64,000 nt of DNA from Octopus vulgaris. Taxonomy: Eukaryota. The stretch is from positions 25,854,001-25,918,000 of the forward strand of contig OX597823.1 in assembly GCA_951406725.2 (NCBI GenBank), read 5' to 3'. Below are positions 37,528 to 50,801 of the stretch, in pieces. The position numbers and the translations under genes were made by a program. How positions within the stretch are numbered: the stretch's first letter is position 1; each line of letters begins with the position of its first letter. Below the pieces are notes generated by a model that had not been told where the DNA came from, searched no databases, and was given only the letters and a program-made list of their open reading frames with translations.

Positions 37528-39050
37528 CTAGAGAAGTTTCAGATATGGAAGCAAGGTCTAGAATCGAAAGGCCTTTGAGTTAACCTAGCAAAAACCAAAG
37601 TCTTAGGAAGTGGGAAGGCAAACAAATCACAAATCCCTTCAGGTAGATGGCCCTGCACAATCTGTAGTAAAGGTGTAGGTAGAAACTCCATAAGATGCAC
37701 CCAGTGTAAGCTTTGGACACATAAAAGGTACAACTATGTCAGAGGAAGGTTAACAGGAAAACTAGCTTTTGTACATGGAAGGTGCACAGGTACAATAAAC
37801 ACTAAGAAGGTGCAGAAAATAGACTCCATCAACTGACAGGATAGCAAGCTAGAGGTAGTAGATAGCTTCCATTATTTAGGTGACCAAGTTAGTAGTGGAA
37901 GTGGATGCTCCGAGAGTGTAGCTATGAGAATAAGATTAGGCTGGGCAAAGTTCAGAGAGCTCCTACCTCTGCTGGTAACAAAGGGCTTCTCCCTCAGATT
38001 GTATGATTCCTGTGTGTGAACAGTTATGCTACATGGCAGTGAAACATGGGCTGTAACAGCTTAGGATATGCATAGGCTTGAAAGAAATGAAGCTAATATG
38101 TGCAATGTCAGTGTGCATGTTCAACAGAGTGTAAACATCTTGAGAGAAAAGTTAGGCATAAGAGGAATCAGATGTGGTGTGCAAGAGAGACAACTGTGCT
38201 TGTATGGTCATGTGATGCATATGGGCAAAGACAGCTGTATAAAGAAGTGCTAATCTCAAACTGTGGAGAGAACCTGTGATAGAGGTAGACCCAGGAAGAC
38301 ATGGAATGGGGTGGGGAAGCATGATCTTCAGACTTTGAGCCTGATAGAGGCAATGACTGGTGACCAAGACCTTTGGCGATGTGCTGTGCTTGAGAGGATC
38401 CGTCAAGCCAAGTGTACCCATGCTGGTGGCACATAAAGAACATCTTTTGAATGTCAGGCTTCACAGAGGCAAAGTGCCTGAGTTCCTTCTAAGTATTGGG
38501 CAAAGTGGCTGAGTTCCTTTCGAGTTTTGGGCCTCACAGAGGCAAAGTGGCTAAGTTCCTTCTAAGCATTGGGCCTCATGGAAGCAAAGTTACTTTCAAG
38601 TTACTTTCAAGTGTTGGGCCTCACAGAGGTAAGGTGGCTGAGTTCCTTCCAAGCACTGGGCCTCACAGAGCAAAGTGGCTGAGTTTTTTCGAGTGTTGGG
38701 CCTCATGGAGGCAATAACCAAGACCTTTGGCACTATGTCATGCTTGAGAAGACGACCCATCAAGCCGAGCAAAATCACAGTCATGAGATACCAGTGTCAC
38801 ACAAATTGGTGCCTGTGCCAGTGGCATGTAATCCCCCCACCCATGTCACACAAATGGCACCCATGCTAGTGACACATAAAAGCACCCATTGCACTCTTGG
38901 AGTGGTTGGCATTAGGAAGGGCATCCAGAGTAGAAAACCATGCCAAATCAGACTGGAGTCTGGTGCAGCCTTCCAGCGTGCCAGCCCAGTCAAACCATCT
39001 AACCCATGCCAGCATGGACAACAGATATTAAATGATGAGGATGGTGATGA
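37528..39050 (+). mobile_element. RTE-clade LINE, 5'-truncated copy with expanded 3'-UTR repeats
   Basis: EKFQIWKQGLESKG..VNLAKTKVL, GRWPCTICSKGVGRNSIRCTQCKLWTHKR, family 3' tail. Confidence 0.9.
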
Positions 39051-39814
39051 GATCCTAACTTCAGTACAATGATGGTTTTGAACTGAAATTGAAGGGAATT
39101 AGCATCAGGTGTATGGTACAGATGAAAATGAAGAACATGCATTTTTCAAAGACATAAAAATTCATGTTTCTTTTCTTTATTATTCAATAATTCATTATAG
39201 TTGTTGGAGGGCCACTAAATAGTTCTTCATTATGTAATGTATAGGGTTTCTGTTTCAAATGTACCTACAAGGGACCTGGAAGTTAGCACTACAAACCAAC
39301 AAAGCAATTTTCTCATGCTTCACTGCTTACAACTAACTAGACAATATAGGAGACAAGTCATGTCTTGGTTATTTATTTGTTACCTTATTTCCTGCAGGTA
39401 ACTTTCCTTACACAATTTGGTACCTGTTCCAATAACAACTTGCTTAACAAACCAGCAAATGTGGAAAACTATCACTGGAAACAAAATATTGGGCCACCTT
39501 TTATTTATTTACATGGATAGAATTGACAGCCCTCAATAACAACATAAGCTATGGGGTTCGTATTATCTTATCTATAACCAAATTCAACATACTGAAATAA
39601 CTATTTCCTGGCTATCGGCTGTCCTGGTTGTATAAATTGTTCAAATAATAGATATGAAGCTAGAATACAATAGTAATTCTAAGACTTTGCACTGTAATGG
39701 TAACAAATTCAACATTCTTTCTTTTCTGGCTCAGTGACATGCTCCTTTTGAATAGCATCGAGTTTAAAATAAATTTATACTCTCTCTCTCTCTCTCTCTA
39801 TCTCTATCTCTCTC

Positions 39815-39845
<31 letters not shown>

Positions 39846-40253
39846 CTCTTTCTATCTATCTATCTATTTATCTATCTACCTCTATATCTATATATTTATC
39901 TGTTGTTTTGGTCAGCATCACCTGGAGTCATTTTCTAAAATTTTGGTTAAGATTCTTGTGATTAAGATTTCTAGTTTTTACTCATCTGCATAAGAACAGT
40001 TATTTTTCCAGTCTTAAAAGACCTGATAAGATCAAATCACTACCTTTTCTCCTTTTACTCCTGACTAAACCAAAAAAAAAAAGAAGAAAAATTAAAATAA
40101 TTAATGTGGCAAATTGGCAGAGTTGTTACGGCCTCAGATAAAATGTCTCAGTATTTGTTCATCTATTCAACAGAGTTCAAATCCCACCAAGGTCAACTTT
40201 ACTTTTCATCCTTTCAGGAACTGGTAGAATTGTATTAATGTTTGACTAGATAC

Positions 40254-43200
40254 TGTTGTAGTGAAAATGCTACACCCTTTCCCACATGACAAAGTGGTAT
40301 GAACCAGCCACTATAAAGTTAGACAGTCAGTCATTGTAGGATGTCAGTAGTAGTAGAGTCATTGTATGACTTCTCCGTTGGAGTTAAGTGTCAGTTATGT
40401 GTTATAGTCAAGTTCAAGTTACTGTCAAGTAGATGTTTCGAAGTTGTTGTCTTGCGGTGCACAATGAGTGAGTCAAAGATAATAAGATGCAGAATACTGC
40501 CATAACATAATAGTGGCAACAAAAATATTACAGTGCCAACAATTACATACAAGTGGACAAGGATCCACATTATAACAGTGGTACCAAGGATATAAACAAT
40601 TCATGTGGACAAAATTGAAAATAAAAAAGTTTTTTCACAAGAAATTAAACAATGCACGCAGATGATGTTGAAAATTATTTCATGTGGAGAGATTAAAAAT
40701 TTGACAGAGGAGTAACAAACATTTTTGTTGTATATATTTTACAAAAAATTTGTAAAATTATGAAAAGCTTGTTAGAGGGTTTAGCTGAGTTGCAAATATA
40801 GCAACAACTCAAAGAACAACAACAAATGTTACAGCAACAAATGCTACAACTAATGAAGTTGGTAACAAAACTAGAAAATACATTTTTGCCTAATCCTGTA
40901 ACAAATTCAGTAAATGAATTTAAATATGACCTAGAAGAAGGAATCACTTTTGAGCTATATTACCAAAGATTTGAACAAATATTTGAAAAAGGCTGCCAAG
41001 ACTGGACAGACAAAATGAAAACGTGTCTAATTCTGAGGAAACTGGTGATAATAGAGCATGGAAAATATTGTAACTTTATATTGCCTAAAAAGGTTTCTGA
41101 CATAAATTTCACAGTCACAATTGACATTTTATGTAGGATGTTTAATGAAAAAAACATTGTCATTCAGCACACACTGGAAGTATTTGAACACTGAGAAAAG
41201 CAAAGACTTTACCACATACGCAGGCAGAGTGAACAGAGAGTGTGAGAGATTTAAACTGGATAAACTAACTCCAGAAGTCAGAATGAAAGTTCTCGAAAAG
41301 CTGGAAATGAACCAGGATATAACTCTCCAGAAACTGTCAGAAGAGTGTGATGTGATATTAAAAGCAAGGCACAACACAGAAGAAATCCAACACAGATTGT
41401 TTACAGCTGAAACCAGTGTGGAAGAGTTGGAAGATAGATAAAGTGCTTCACAAAAAACACAATATACATCAGGAGATAAAGCTATGTATGACATGTGATG
41501 GTAGGCACCTGAGAAAAGAGTATCCATTCACAAAAGTGAAGTGTTTTTGTTGTGGAAACTAAGATGACGAAAAATTTGACCAACAAGAAAAAATTAATAT
41601 TTTGTCATCAGAGAAAAAAGTTTGTTCAGTGAACAGAAAATTCATCAAGGTGAGAATCAAAACCACTAGTGTCTAAATGCAATTAGACATGGGTAGTGAC
41701 CTAACTATCATAAATGAAGAAACATGGATACGAATCAGTAAGCCGAAATTATTTAAATCAAATAAAGTAGCATATGGTGTTACAGGAAAGAAATTATATT
41801 TCAGCAGCAAATGTATCTACAATGTAACTTTTTGAAGTGAAACAAAAAGAACGATCACTTACGTATTAAGAAATTGCTAAACCTATTTGGCATAGAATGC
41901 ATAGAATTATTTAAAATGTGGGATATTCCCATTAGTGTTCTCTGTGAAAATGTAGTCAGCATGGTTAAAAGTTCGAACAAAGCTGAACAACTGAGACAAA
42001 AAATTTTTTAAATTGTTTCCAAATGTTTTTTGGAAGGATTAGGCTGTTGCACTAAAACAAAAGAGAGAATCACGGTAAAAGAAAAGGCAACATCTGTTTT
42101 TAAGCACAAATGGGGCGTGCCATTTGTGGTGTTAGATCAGGTCAATAAAGAGCTAGAAAGACGAGAAAGTCTAGCTATAATTGAAAAAATTGACCATTCA
42201 GAGTGGGCAGCTCCAATAGTTTATGTAAAAAAACATTATAAACTAAGCGTATGTGTGAACTTTTCAACTGTTTACTCAAACACAACTATCCATTACCAAG
42301 GCCAGAAAAAGTGTACTCAAAAACTAAATCATTATCATCGTTTAACGTCCGTTTTCCATGCTAGCATGGGTTGGACGGTTCGACTGTGGTCTTGGAAGCC
42401 AGGAGGCTGCACCAGGCCCAGTCTGATCTGGCAGTGTTTCTACAGCTGGATGCCCTTCCTAATGCCAACCACTCTGTGAGTGTAGTGGGTGCTTTTTATG
42501 TGTCACTGGTACGGTGCCAGGTGAGGCTGGCAAACGGCCACGATCAGTTAGTGCCTTTTATGTGCCAGCGGCACGGAGGCCGGTCAGGGCGGTGCTGGCA
42601 ATGGCCATGTTCAGATGGTTCTTTTACGTGCCACAAGCACTGGTATCACAACTACAATTTCCATTGACTTTTGAGCAATTTCGATTCCGATTTCACTTGC
42701 CTCAACAGGTCTTCACAAGCAGAGTTTTGTGTCCCAAGAAGTAAAGGTATGCATAAGTGGGCTGGCTACATCCCAGGTAGAGGCCACGGGTTATGGCCTC
42801 ACTTGTCCTGCCGGGTCTTCTCACGCACAGCATACTTCCAAAGGTCTCGGTCACTAGTCACCATCTCGGTGAGACCTAATGTTCGAAGGTTGTACTTCAC
42901 CACCTCGTCCCAGGTTTTCCTGGGTCTACCTCTTTCACAGGTTCCCTCAACCGCTATGGTGTGGCACTTTTTCACACAACTATCTTCATCCATTCTCGTC
43001 ACATGACCATACCAGCGCAATCGTCTCTCTTGCACACTACAACTGATGCTTCTTAGGTCCAACTTTTCTCTCAAGGTACTTACACTCTGTCGAGTATGAA
43101 CACTGACATTACACATCCATCGGAGCATACTGGCTTCATTTCTTGTGAGCTTACGCATATCCTTAGCAGTCACAGCCCATGTTTCACTGCCATGTAGCAT

Positions 43201-44000
43201 GGCTGTTTGTACACTTGCGTCATACAGTCTACCTTTTACTTTGAGCGAGAGGCCTTTTGTCACCAGCAGAGGTAAGAGCTCTCTGTACTTTGCCCAGGAA
43301 ATTCTTACTCTAGCAGTTACACTTTCAGCACACCCGCTACTGACTTGGTCACCTAGGTAACGGAAGCTATCAACTACTTCTAGTTTTTCTCCCTGGAATG
43401 TGACGGAAGTTGTTCTCTGGACATTTTCAGTGTTTATTGCTCCTGAGCATCTGCTACAAACAAAAACTATCTTCCTAGTTAGCCTTCCTTTGACATTGCT
43501 GCACCTCTTATGTGTGCATAGCTTACACTTGGAGTAAAAATTTTCTCAAAGTTAGACCTCACAGAGGCCTATTAACAAGTAGAGGAAGATTGCACACACC
43601 TTTTAACAATTAACACGCCATGAATTGTATAAATTCATGCAGCATCTTTTTGGAGAGAATGTGACCCCTGCTATATTCCAACACGTGATGGATGCAATAT
43701 TAAATGATTGCAACTTCACTTTTGTTTATCTCAATGATATTTTGATAAAGAGTAAGTCAGTGGAGCAAGACTTCAAACATATTAAAAAAGTATTCGAAAA
43801 AGTAAATAAATATGGGTTTAGACTAAAAGCGGAAAAGTGAATTTTTGATGGAAAAAATCAAATATTTGGGTCAAGTAATTGACAAAAGGGAATAATGACC
43901 AAACCCATCAAGGGTGACAGCAATATGGAATATGCCTCCCCTAATGGACATCAAATTGTTACAAGCGTTAGGCTTGGTAAACTACTATCAAGTTAGATAA
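40254..44000 (+). mobile_element. Ty3/Gypsy LTR retrotransposon remnant (5' LTR, gag, protease, RT)
   Basis: TGTTG...TAACA LTR at 40254-40507 followed by TGG PBS-like sites; gag-like ORFs 40826-41441 (FKYDLEEGITFELYYQRFE); QLDMGSDLTII protease ~41680; RT HSEWAAPIVYVKK, FSKLDLTEAY, TPAIFQHVMD, VYLNDILI; no 3' LTR seen. Confidence 0.85.
42328..43530 (-). mobile_element. RTE-clade LINE, 5'-truncated, inserted in the Gypsy RT
   Basis: ORF 42799-43263 (AMLHGSETW...RRLRWYGHVTRM...RGRPRKTW); flanking Gypsy RT reading joins across the insertion. Confidence 0.95.
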
Positions 44001-46109
44001 AATGTATAGTGAGAAGATTAATAGGTTATGCATGATGATGGCAACATCAAATGAGCAGATCAAACTAAATGCTATTAAAATCTCCTGACATGATAATGAG
44101 GTCACAATCATTTATTATCAAGCTAGTCTACAAGAGCACCACACAGAAATGGTTCTTTTGCTCATCTGTCAACCTTGATTGTGATGCAGATGCAGAGGTC
44201 ACTGATGATGTTGTGTTACTTGTTACTAGTCTAGCATAAATATTCTGATTATTTCAGTTACTTTATCTCTCTATTTCTCTGCCAGCGATATGTCCTCTTC
44301 ATCCATCATAACAAATTGTAAGAGGTTATTAAAAGGCAGAGCATCCAAGCCTATCTTTCATCCTGTCAACGTTAACAGTGGAAGCCCTCACAGGAAGAGG
44401 AGGAGAGTTCCAGATGATTGATTGGTTGTTTGACATCTATTTTCTGCATCTGAAAGGAAGATAGTTGGTGATATGATCTTTTAATCTTACACCCAACCAT
44501 CCCATTGCCTGCACAGCACTATCATGTTAAATGTTAGTCATATACACCAATCATGATTTTTAATTGTGTCTGTGACTGTCATGATTTTGACATATTTTTT
44601 AGAGGGCTTTATGCTCTTCTTATCACCAACAATTTTCCAGCACAGGCTGGTACATTTTATCATGCTCCCAGCACTAGAGAAATTGTCTTCCAGGTTTAAA
44701 ATGTACCCTCTGTCTGGTATCAGGTTTTATTTGGAGGAGTATAATTGTGCACAACTTTTGCCAATTGGTGAAGGATACAGACTTTAGCAAAATAAATTTT
44801 CAAACCTGATGTTCTTTGAATAAAATCCTTTGTAATATTTGTTCTACACTGAGTTATAGATACTCCCTTGTCACTATCTGCCATTAGAAATGCTGAAAAC
44901 CAGTGATGTCATTCTGTAACCAATGACAGTGATGTCATTCTGTTATTCTTCATTGATTGCAAAAAAAAAAATCAAGAAGAAAATAAATGAGTTTGGAGAA
45001 GTGAAAAAAACAACAAAAGCTTATTTTGTTTTTTATTTTGTTTCTTGTGAATTTTTTTTGTTTAGTCACCAGACAACAAAGGTATCAACATAGCTTAGAT
45101 CAATTGTATTCCAGCAGCGACCATTCCAACTTTCTACAGGTGTCTAAGACTATATTATCCAATATATCCTTGTTTATATAGGACTGTGGTTTAATTTAAA
45201 AGAGGATTAGCTGCTATTTCTAACACGTCATACAACCACATAGAGGTTACCTTGTTAACTCATAGGATTTTTTTAAAGAGTTAGTTGACATCATTCACCC
45301 ACCACCACCACCACCACCACTCAAGAACTCCTAAACACCTTGAATCTGTTGTCACCTGCTTCCATGGATTCTGCTAAAAGTAGGCCCAGTCCAATAAAAG
45401 CAGGTTTTTTTGGTAGATAAAATAAGCTAAAGATTAACAGCACTTTTCTGCAAACTGGAAGCTGATTCACAGGAAAAAAAACACTGAAGAAACAAAGTAT
45501 TGACCCACTGCTTGACTGATACTTTTATGTATTTATCCCAGATGGATGAAAGATAAAATTGACCTTGATGGAATTTGAACACAGAGTACAGAGAACTGGA
45601 ATGAAATGCTGTAAAATATTCTGTTCAACACTTAGTTCTACCAATTAAATTTTAAAAAATTGTTTTTAGTTTATCTAAGAAAAGTTAAGCAAAAAACTTG
45701 ATGGAAAAAAATTAACAGGCATTATTGTTAGAAATGTAGCACAAGGGAACCCAAAGACCCAGTCTTCAATGACAAAGCATTGCTTATAATTTTGATATTT
45801 CTGTAAAATTTTGCAAACTGTCTTCTTACCCATCTTTTCTTTGTTAATCTTAAATTGTAAACAAGCTCTTATCTTCCTTATCTTATCTTATGACATTGCA
45901 GTATATAAGTAAATTTTCATGTCATTGAAGTAAATAACAATTTGCACCTTACCTACTTTCAGTTATAGTATTTCTCTGAGAAGTTCATAAATATGAATAA
46001 ACTTGAGTTAAGAGGTTTCTTTACATACCTTTGTTGATCAAGACTCAGCAAGATTTTTCTTTTTTGTTTTCTTATTTGTTGTTTTACTTTATTTGTTAAT
46101 GTTTTAGCT

Positions 46110-47086
46110 TATAAACAACCGTGCGAGGAGAGGTGACGAGAATGGCTCCTTTAGTACACCACACGGTCGATACAATAAATACGAAAAGGATAAATGAGTA
46201 TAAGTGCCAGAAGGAAAAATAGACACACAACCGGGTGAAATGTTTAAGAGAAAATTTTATTGATAGGTTAACATGTGTGTGTGTGTGCGTCATATATGCA
46301 TAAAAATAGACAGGCGATCATGTATACAAAGTTTATGTGTGTGCATTAAGTACAGACCATTAAAAGAGTCTATACTATGACATTAGAAGAATGTTCAAAC
46401 ACAAGGATGATAAATGCCAGTTCATAGTCAAGGTACATGATAGTTGAAGTGCAATAACAAGAAGTTGTGGCAGTAATGCAGAGCCGGTTGAGGCACATGT
46501 CGTATAAGAAGTTGTGGCTACTATGCTGTTGCCAGTCACTTGATACAGGAAGTTCTCAGGTTGTATTTGCTGTTAACCATGGTGAAGTAATTCACAAACA
46601 GCGTTGAGATAGAACCTGTGCGACGGTTGCGGGTTACTGTGTATGTAGAGAGATGTTGTTGACGACATTAAGAAGACGGTGTCGACAGAGATGGAAGCCC
46701 TGAATGCTGCTGGACAAAGTCTCCATGTGGCTGCTGTTGTGTTGCCATTGGAACTGGCTATGTCCTGTGTGGTCAGTGGCTAGACCTTAAAAGGTCTGGA
46801 ACCGAAAGACATCGAGACGGTGTGTCACTAGAGTTTTATAGCATGCTATTGGCTCACCAGAAGTTTGGAAGAGACTGTCGCACGTGACCTTATCAGAAGG
46901 CTGTGATTGGTTGGGTTGCATATTGGCACGCAATAGAGCAAGAGATAAATTGCGCCAATACCAACCAATCAGAGTAGTGGACACAACAGGGTTCAAAAGG
47001 GCGGCCGAAGGCTAGCTGTTATCTAATACGTCCATATTCATGTATATATAACAGAGAGAGATGAATTTCCCTAAGCGTACGCTACA
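46110..47086 (-). mobile_element. Probable solo LTR
   Basis: Minus strand begins TGTAGCG; flanked by a direct repeat (agcttata at 46106-46113 and 47087-47094); CCAAT boxes ~46905-46970, TATAAAA ~46835 and AATAAA ~46257 in promoter order on minus; CpG-rich versus background. Confidence 0.5.
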
Positions 47087-48699
47087 AGCTTATACCTAAC
47101 CTCAAACTGAAAATACTTGTCTGATTGTCCACAAAATATAAAAAGAATAAACATAAATATCATAAAAAGAGAAGAAACAGACAATCAAAATTAATAACAG
47201 TATATCTATCTTTGTTTACCAGAGATATTTGTTACGAAAGTGTTAAATGAATCAGTGATAATGAATACATGGGGAAAAAAGATTTCTTTCCAAGACCTCA
47301 AGTTGTTTTGAGTATTGCAGATGGTTACCAGAGCATGCTTTTGTGGTCCGAGCAGAATCTTTGACTGATCACTGACCCATACTATCACAGATCAATTTGT
47401 AATAAACACAATGCGCATACCATGTTATCCTGAGTCAGAGATGAACAAATCAGTGATAACCAAGGATAGATGTATCAAAAATTTAATAAAGAATAGAGAA
47501 ATGAAAAACAGCAATGTTTGTTGAAATTGTAGCAAACAACTATGGCAAATTCTTTTGGATGACAATTCAGAAAGCTTAAAATATGGCTTGTGATACAATT
47601 AATGATACTTGAGCACACAAATTGTAAACAATATTGAAGCTGAGTTCTGAAAGAAAATATAGAGAACGAGGATTCTAATCTTTTTATCTCTTGACTGAAA
47701 TTTTTCCTCTTGAATGTAGATTCAAGAGGACAAACTTTATAAGCGTCAACAATGGTGCTTATGTGTTATGCTAATCAATAATAACTGCCAGAGTTTTAGA
47801 TAGATCTGGTGCTCCCAGGTCCAATGTTTTCTCTTATAATTATGATAAATAAACAAGTAAAGTTTTACTGATAGAAACTCAATAAGGAATAGCTAATAAT
47901 AATTGTCACCATGAATAGGCATTGAGCACACAAATAAACCTGGAAATTGCAAATTAGGTATATGCCATACACCGGCATACCCCAAACCCTTTTTCCATCA
48001 CTGTTCCGTATCATTGTAGTTAATAAAGCTGGAACTTCTAAAAAATTTTCCACCAAATTTGACTACTGCAAGTAAAGTGCTTTAGAAAATATACAAATCT
48101 GTAACCCATCAAATAACAGGGATGTATTATGGTTGAGTTTATATGTATTATAACATCTTTACATAGAACATGGTGAATAAACAAACAGAGACAATGTAGC
48201 ATAGGCAGAATTTTTTTGTCTAATTGGAAACAAGATCTCAATGATCAAATTCCTTTAGGATATCCATCCACAGAAACCATGACAAAAAAAGTGAAATGTA
48301 TGAATGAGACATGGTCCCCAAAGTGTCTAGGAGGGTAGTAACTCCAAATAACAACTGACATGGAGTATGACAATCCACCCAGACCATATCAACCTGGAAA
48401 AGCATGGAGAATGATGAGGAGAAAAATATTAATCTTCGAATGTGCTGAAAAAGACCAATAAATAATTTGCTTTCTGCTTAATTTCAGTTTTGCAATGTTA
48501 AGACCAGAATGTTTGATGAAGTGATTATTCACAAATACAATAGCTAGAGATCTAATTAATTTGTAGATGTTTTTTTTTTTATGATCAATACAGAGAATGT
48601 ACTAGCTATAAACAAACTATTTACAAGCTAGATTGTCTAAAGTACTGTAGGTGCAAGCTATTTTAGGTTAATCCTGTCAGCGGTAGTGACAGCAATGGC

Positions 48700-49055
48700 A
48701 TTGTGAGCTGGCAGAAATGTTAGCATATCAAACAAAAAGTTTTGCAGCATTACTTCCAGCTCTTTTATGTTCTAAGTTCATATACCACCAAGGTCAACTT
48801 TGCCTTTCATCCTTTCAAGATTGATGAAATAAAGTACCAGTAAAGTACTGTAATCGACTAATCTCCTCCTCTTAAAATTGCTGGGCTTGTGCTAAAATTT
48901 GAAACCATTATGTAATCCTCAATAGGGAGGAGGTGTTTTTCCATGAGCAGCCCTCAAACGTTTCCTCCCTACTGTGGATTACACATTGCTGATTTGAAAA
49001 AAAATTTTTCTTCGTCTTGTTTACATGCAAAACCCTCACAACACACACTCACGCG

Positions 49056-49107
<52 letters not shown>

Positions 49108-49800
49108 CTTTGTTTTGTCCTGTGCTGCCCATAATGTTTTTCTTAATGTAAACCCTGTTGAGCCCTGAGATTATTGTAATCAACTAGCCCAACCCCTGTT
49201 GCTGGTCTTGTACCAAAATTTGGAACATTAGTGTTGGAAATAATTACAATAGTAATAGCTATAATTTTTTTAGAAAGACCATGATTTGACAGAACTTGTT
49301 AACGCATGAGACAAAATGCCTGGTGATATTTCTTCCAACACATTACATTGTACATTAAAATCCCACCAAGGTTGACTTTGCCTTTCACCTTTTTGAAGTC
49401 GATAAAATAAGTACCAGTTGAGCATTGGAGTCAATGTGATCAACAAGTACACCATCCCACTCAAACATACTGGCCTTGAACCAAAATTTGAAGCCATTAT
49501 TATTGGTAGAGTGGAAGACTGTAATAGTGCTGTATACATTTGTCATCCTTAGAATAATGGTTCAAATCTACCTCCTGAGATGATACTAGACTGACAGCTT
49601 CATTAGAATACTGGATAAAATGCTTTGCACTATTTGTTTCAGTTCTTCACATTCTGAGTTCAAACGCCACCCAGGTCATCTTTACCTTTCATCCTCTAAG
49701 ATTGATAAAGTACCAGGCAAGTACTTGGGTCCATGGTATCAACTAATTCTCCCTCCTCAGATTTACTGGCCTTGTGCCTAAATCAGAAATTATTATTACC
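48700..49800 (+). mobile_element. Three diverged SINE family B copies
   Basis: aaggtcaactttgcctttcatcctttc / aagtaccag motif at ~48790, ~49370 and ~49675. Confidence 0.6.
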
Positions 49801-50256
49801 ATTCCAAGCTATATTACATGTTTCTAGACCATTCTTGGACAGTTTCAGTCATATATTGGTTCTTCTATGAGAAGAAGTTATTAGCTACTTGTTTAGTATA
49901 GTTTCTGATGTAAAAACAGGCAACAATGTCATGGCTGGAATAGCTTTTATCATAAATTTATCCAAGCTTGAAGTAACCAGCTAAATTTCCTTCCATCACA
50001 CATCATGCATCATCAACATCATCATCATTTTACATCCTTTTTTCTGTGCTCACGTGGGTTGGATGGAATTTGTTGAGGTGGATTTTCTTTGGCTGGATGC
50101 TGTCTCAGTTGCCAACCCTTACCTGTTTCTAAGTAAAATCATATTTCTCTATGTCCAGATGTGTTTTCATGAAAAATTAGAAACAAAGGATATTGCTTAC
50201 ATGGTAGTGACACTCATTTACAAATATCACACAGAGTCAAAACAAGGAGACAGTAA

Positions 50257-50299
<43 letters not shown>

Positions 50300-50801
50300 A
50301 CACACTATTTATATCTATGTGTTTTGTGTTACTATAGTTATACTAGAATATTATCAAAGATCTTTTTCATTTATTAAGACTTCATGATATGAATATAACA
50401 TTTAGCTTATTTCATGATCATATATTAGCAATGTCATAGTGACTTGTCACTTCAAGGACTTGAGTTTTATCATTACTGACCATATCTACCATGAGCTGTA
50501 AGGTTGGAATGATAACAACAACAACAACAATAATAACAATAATTTCTGATTAAGACTTAAATTATTCTAATGCTCTAATTATTCTGCTAGCTTGTTTCCT
50601 CACTGGTTTCAAATTCAGGAACATGATCAGCAATTTTGAGATGAGTGCATTAGTTGTTAGCATCTACTTCACTAATTCTTTGGAACTTTATTTTATCAAC
50701 CCCGAAAGAATGAAGGCAAAATTGACCTTGGCAGGTTTTGAATGCAGAATGCAAAGAACTGGAACAGATAGGGCACAGCATTTTGTCCCATATTCTAACA
50801 A

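Noticed and set aside
38455-38710. CRISPR-like array of ~38-nt repeats
   Set aside because: Units are contiguous without unique spacers, lie in a LINE 3' UTR, and the context is eukaryotic with no cas genes
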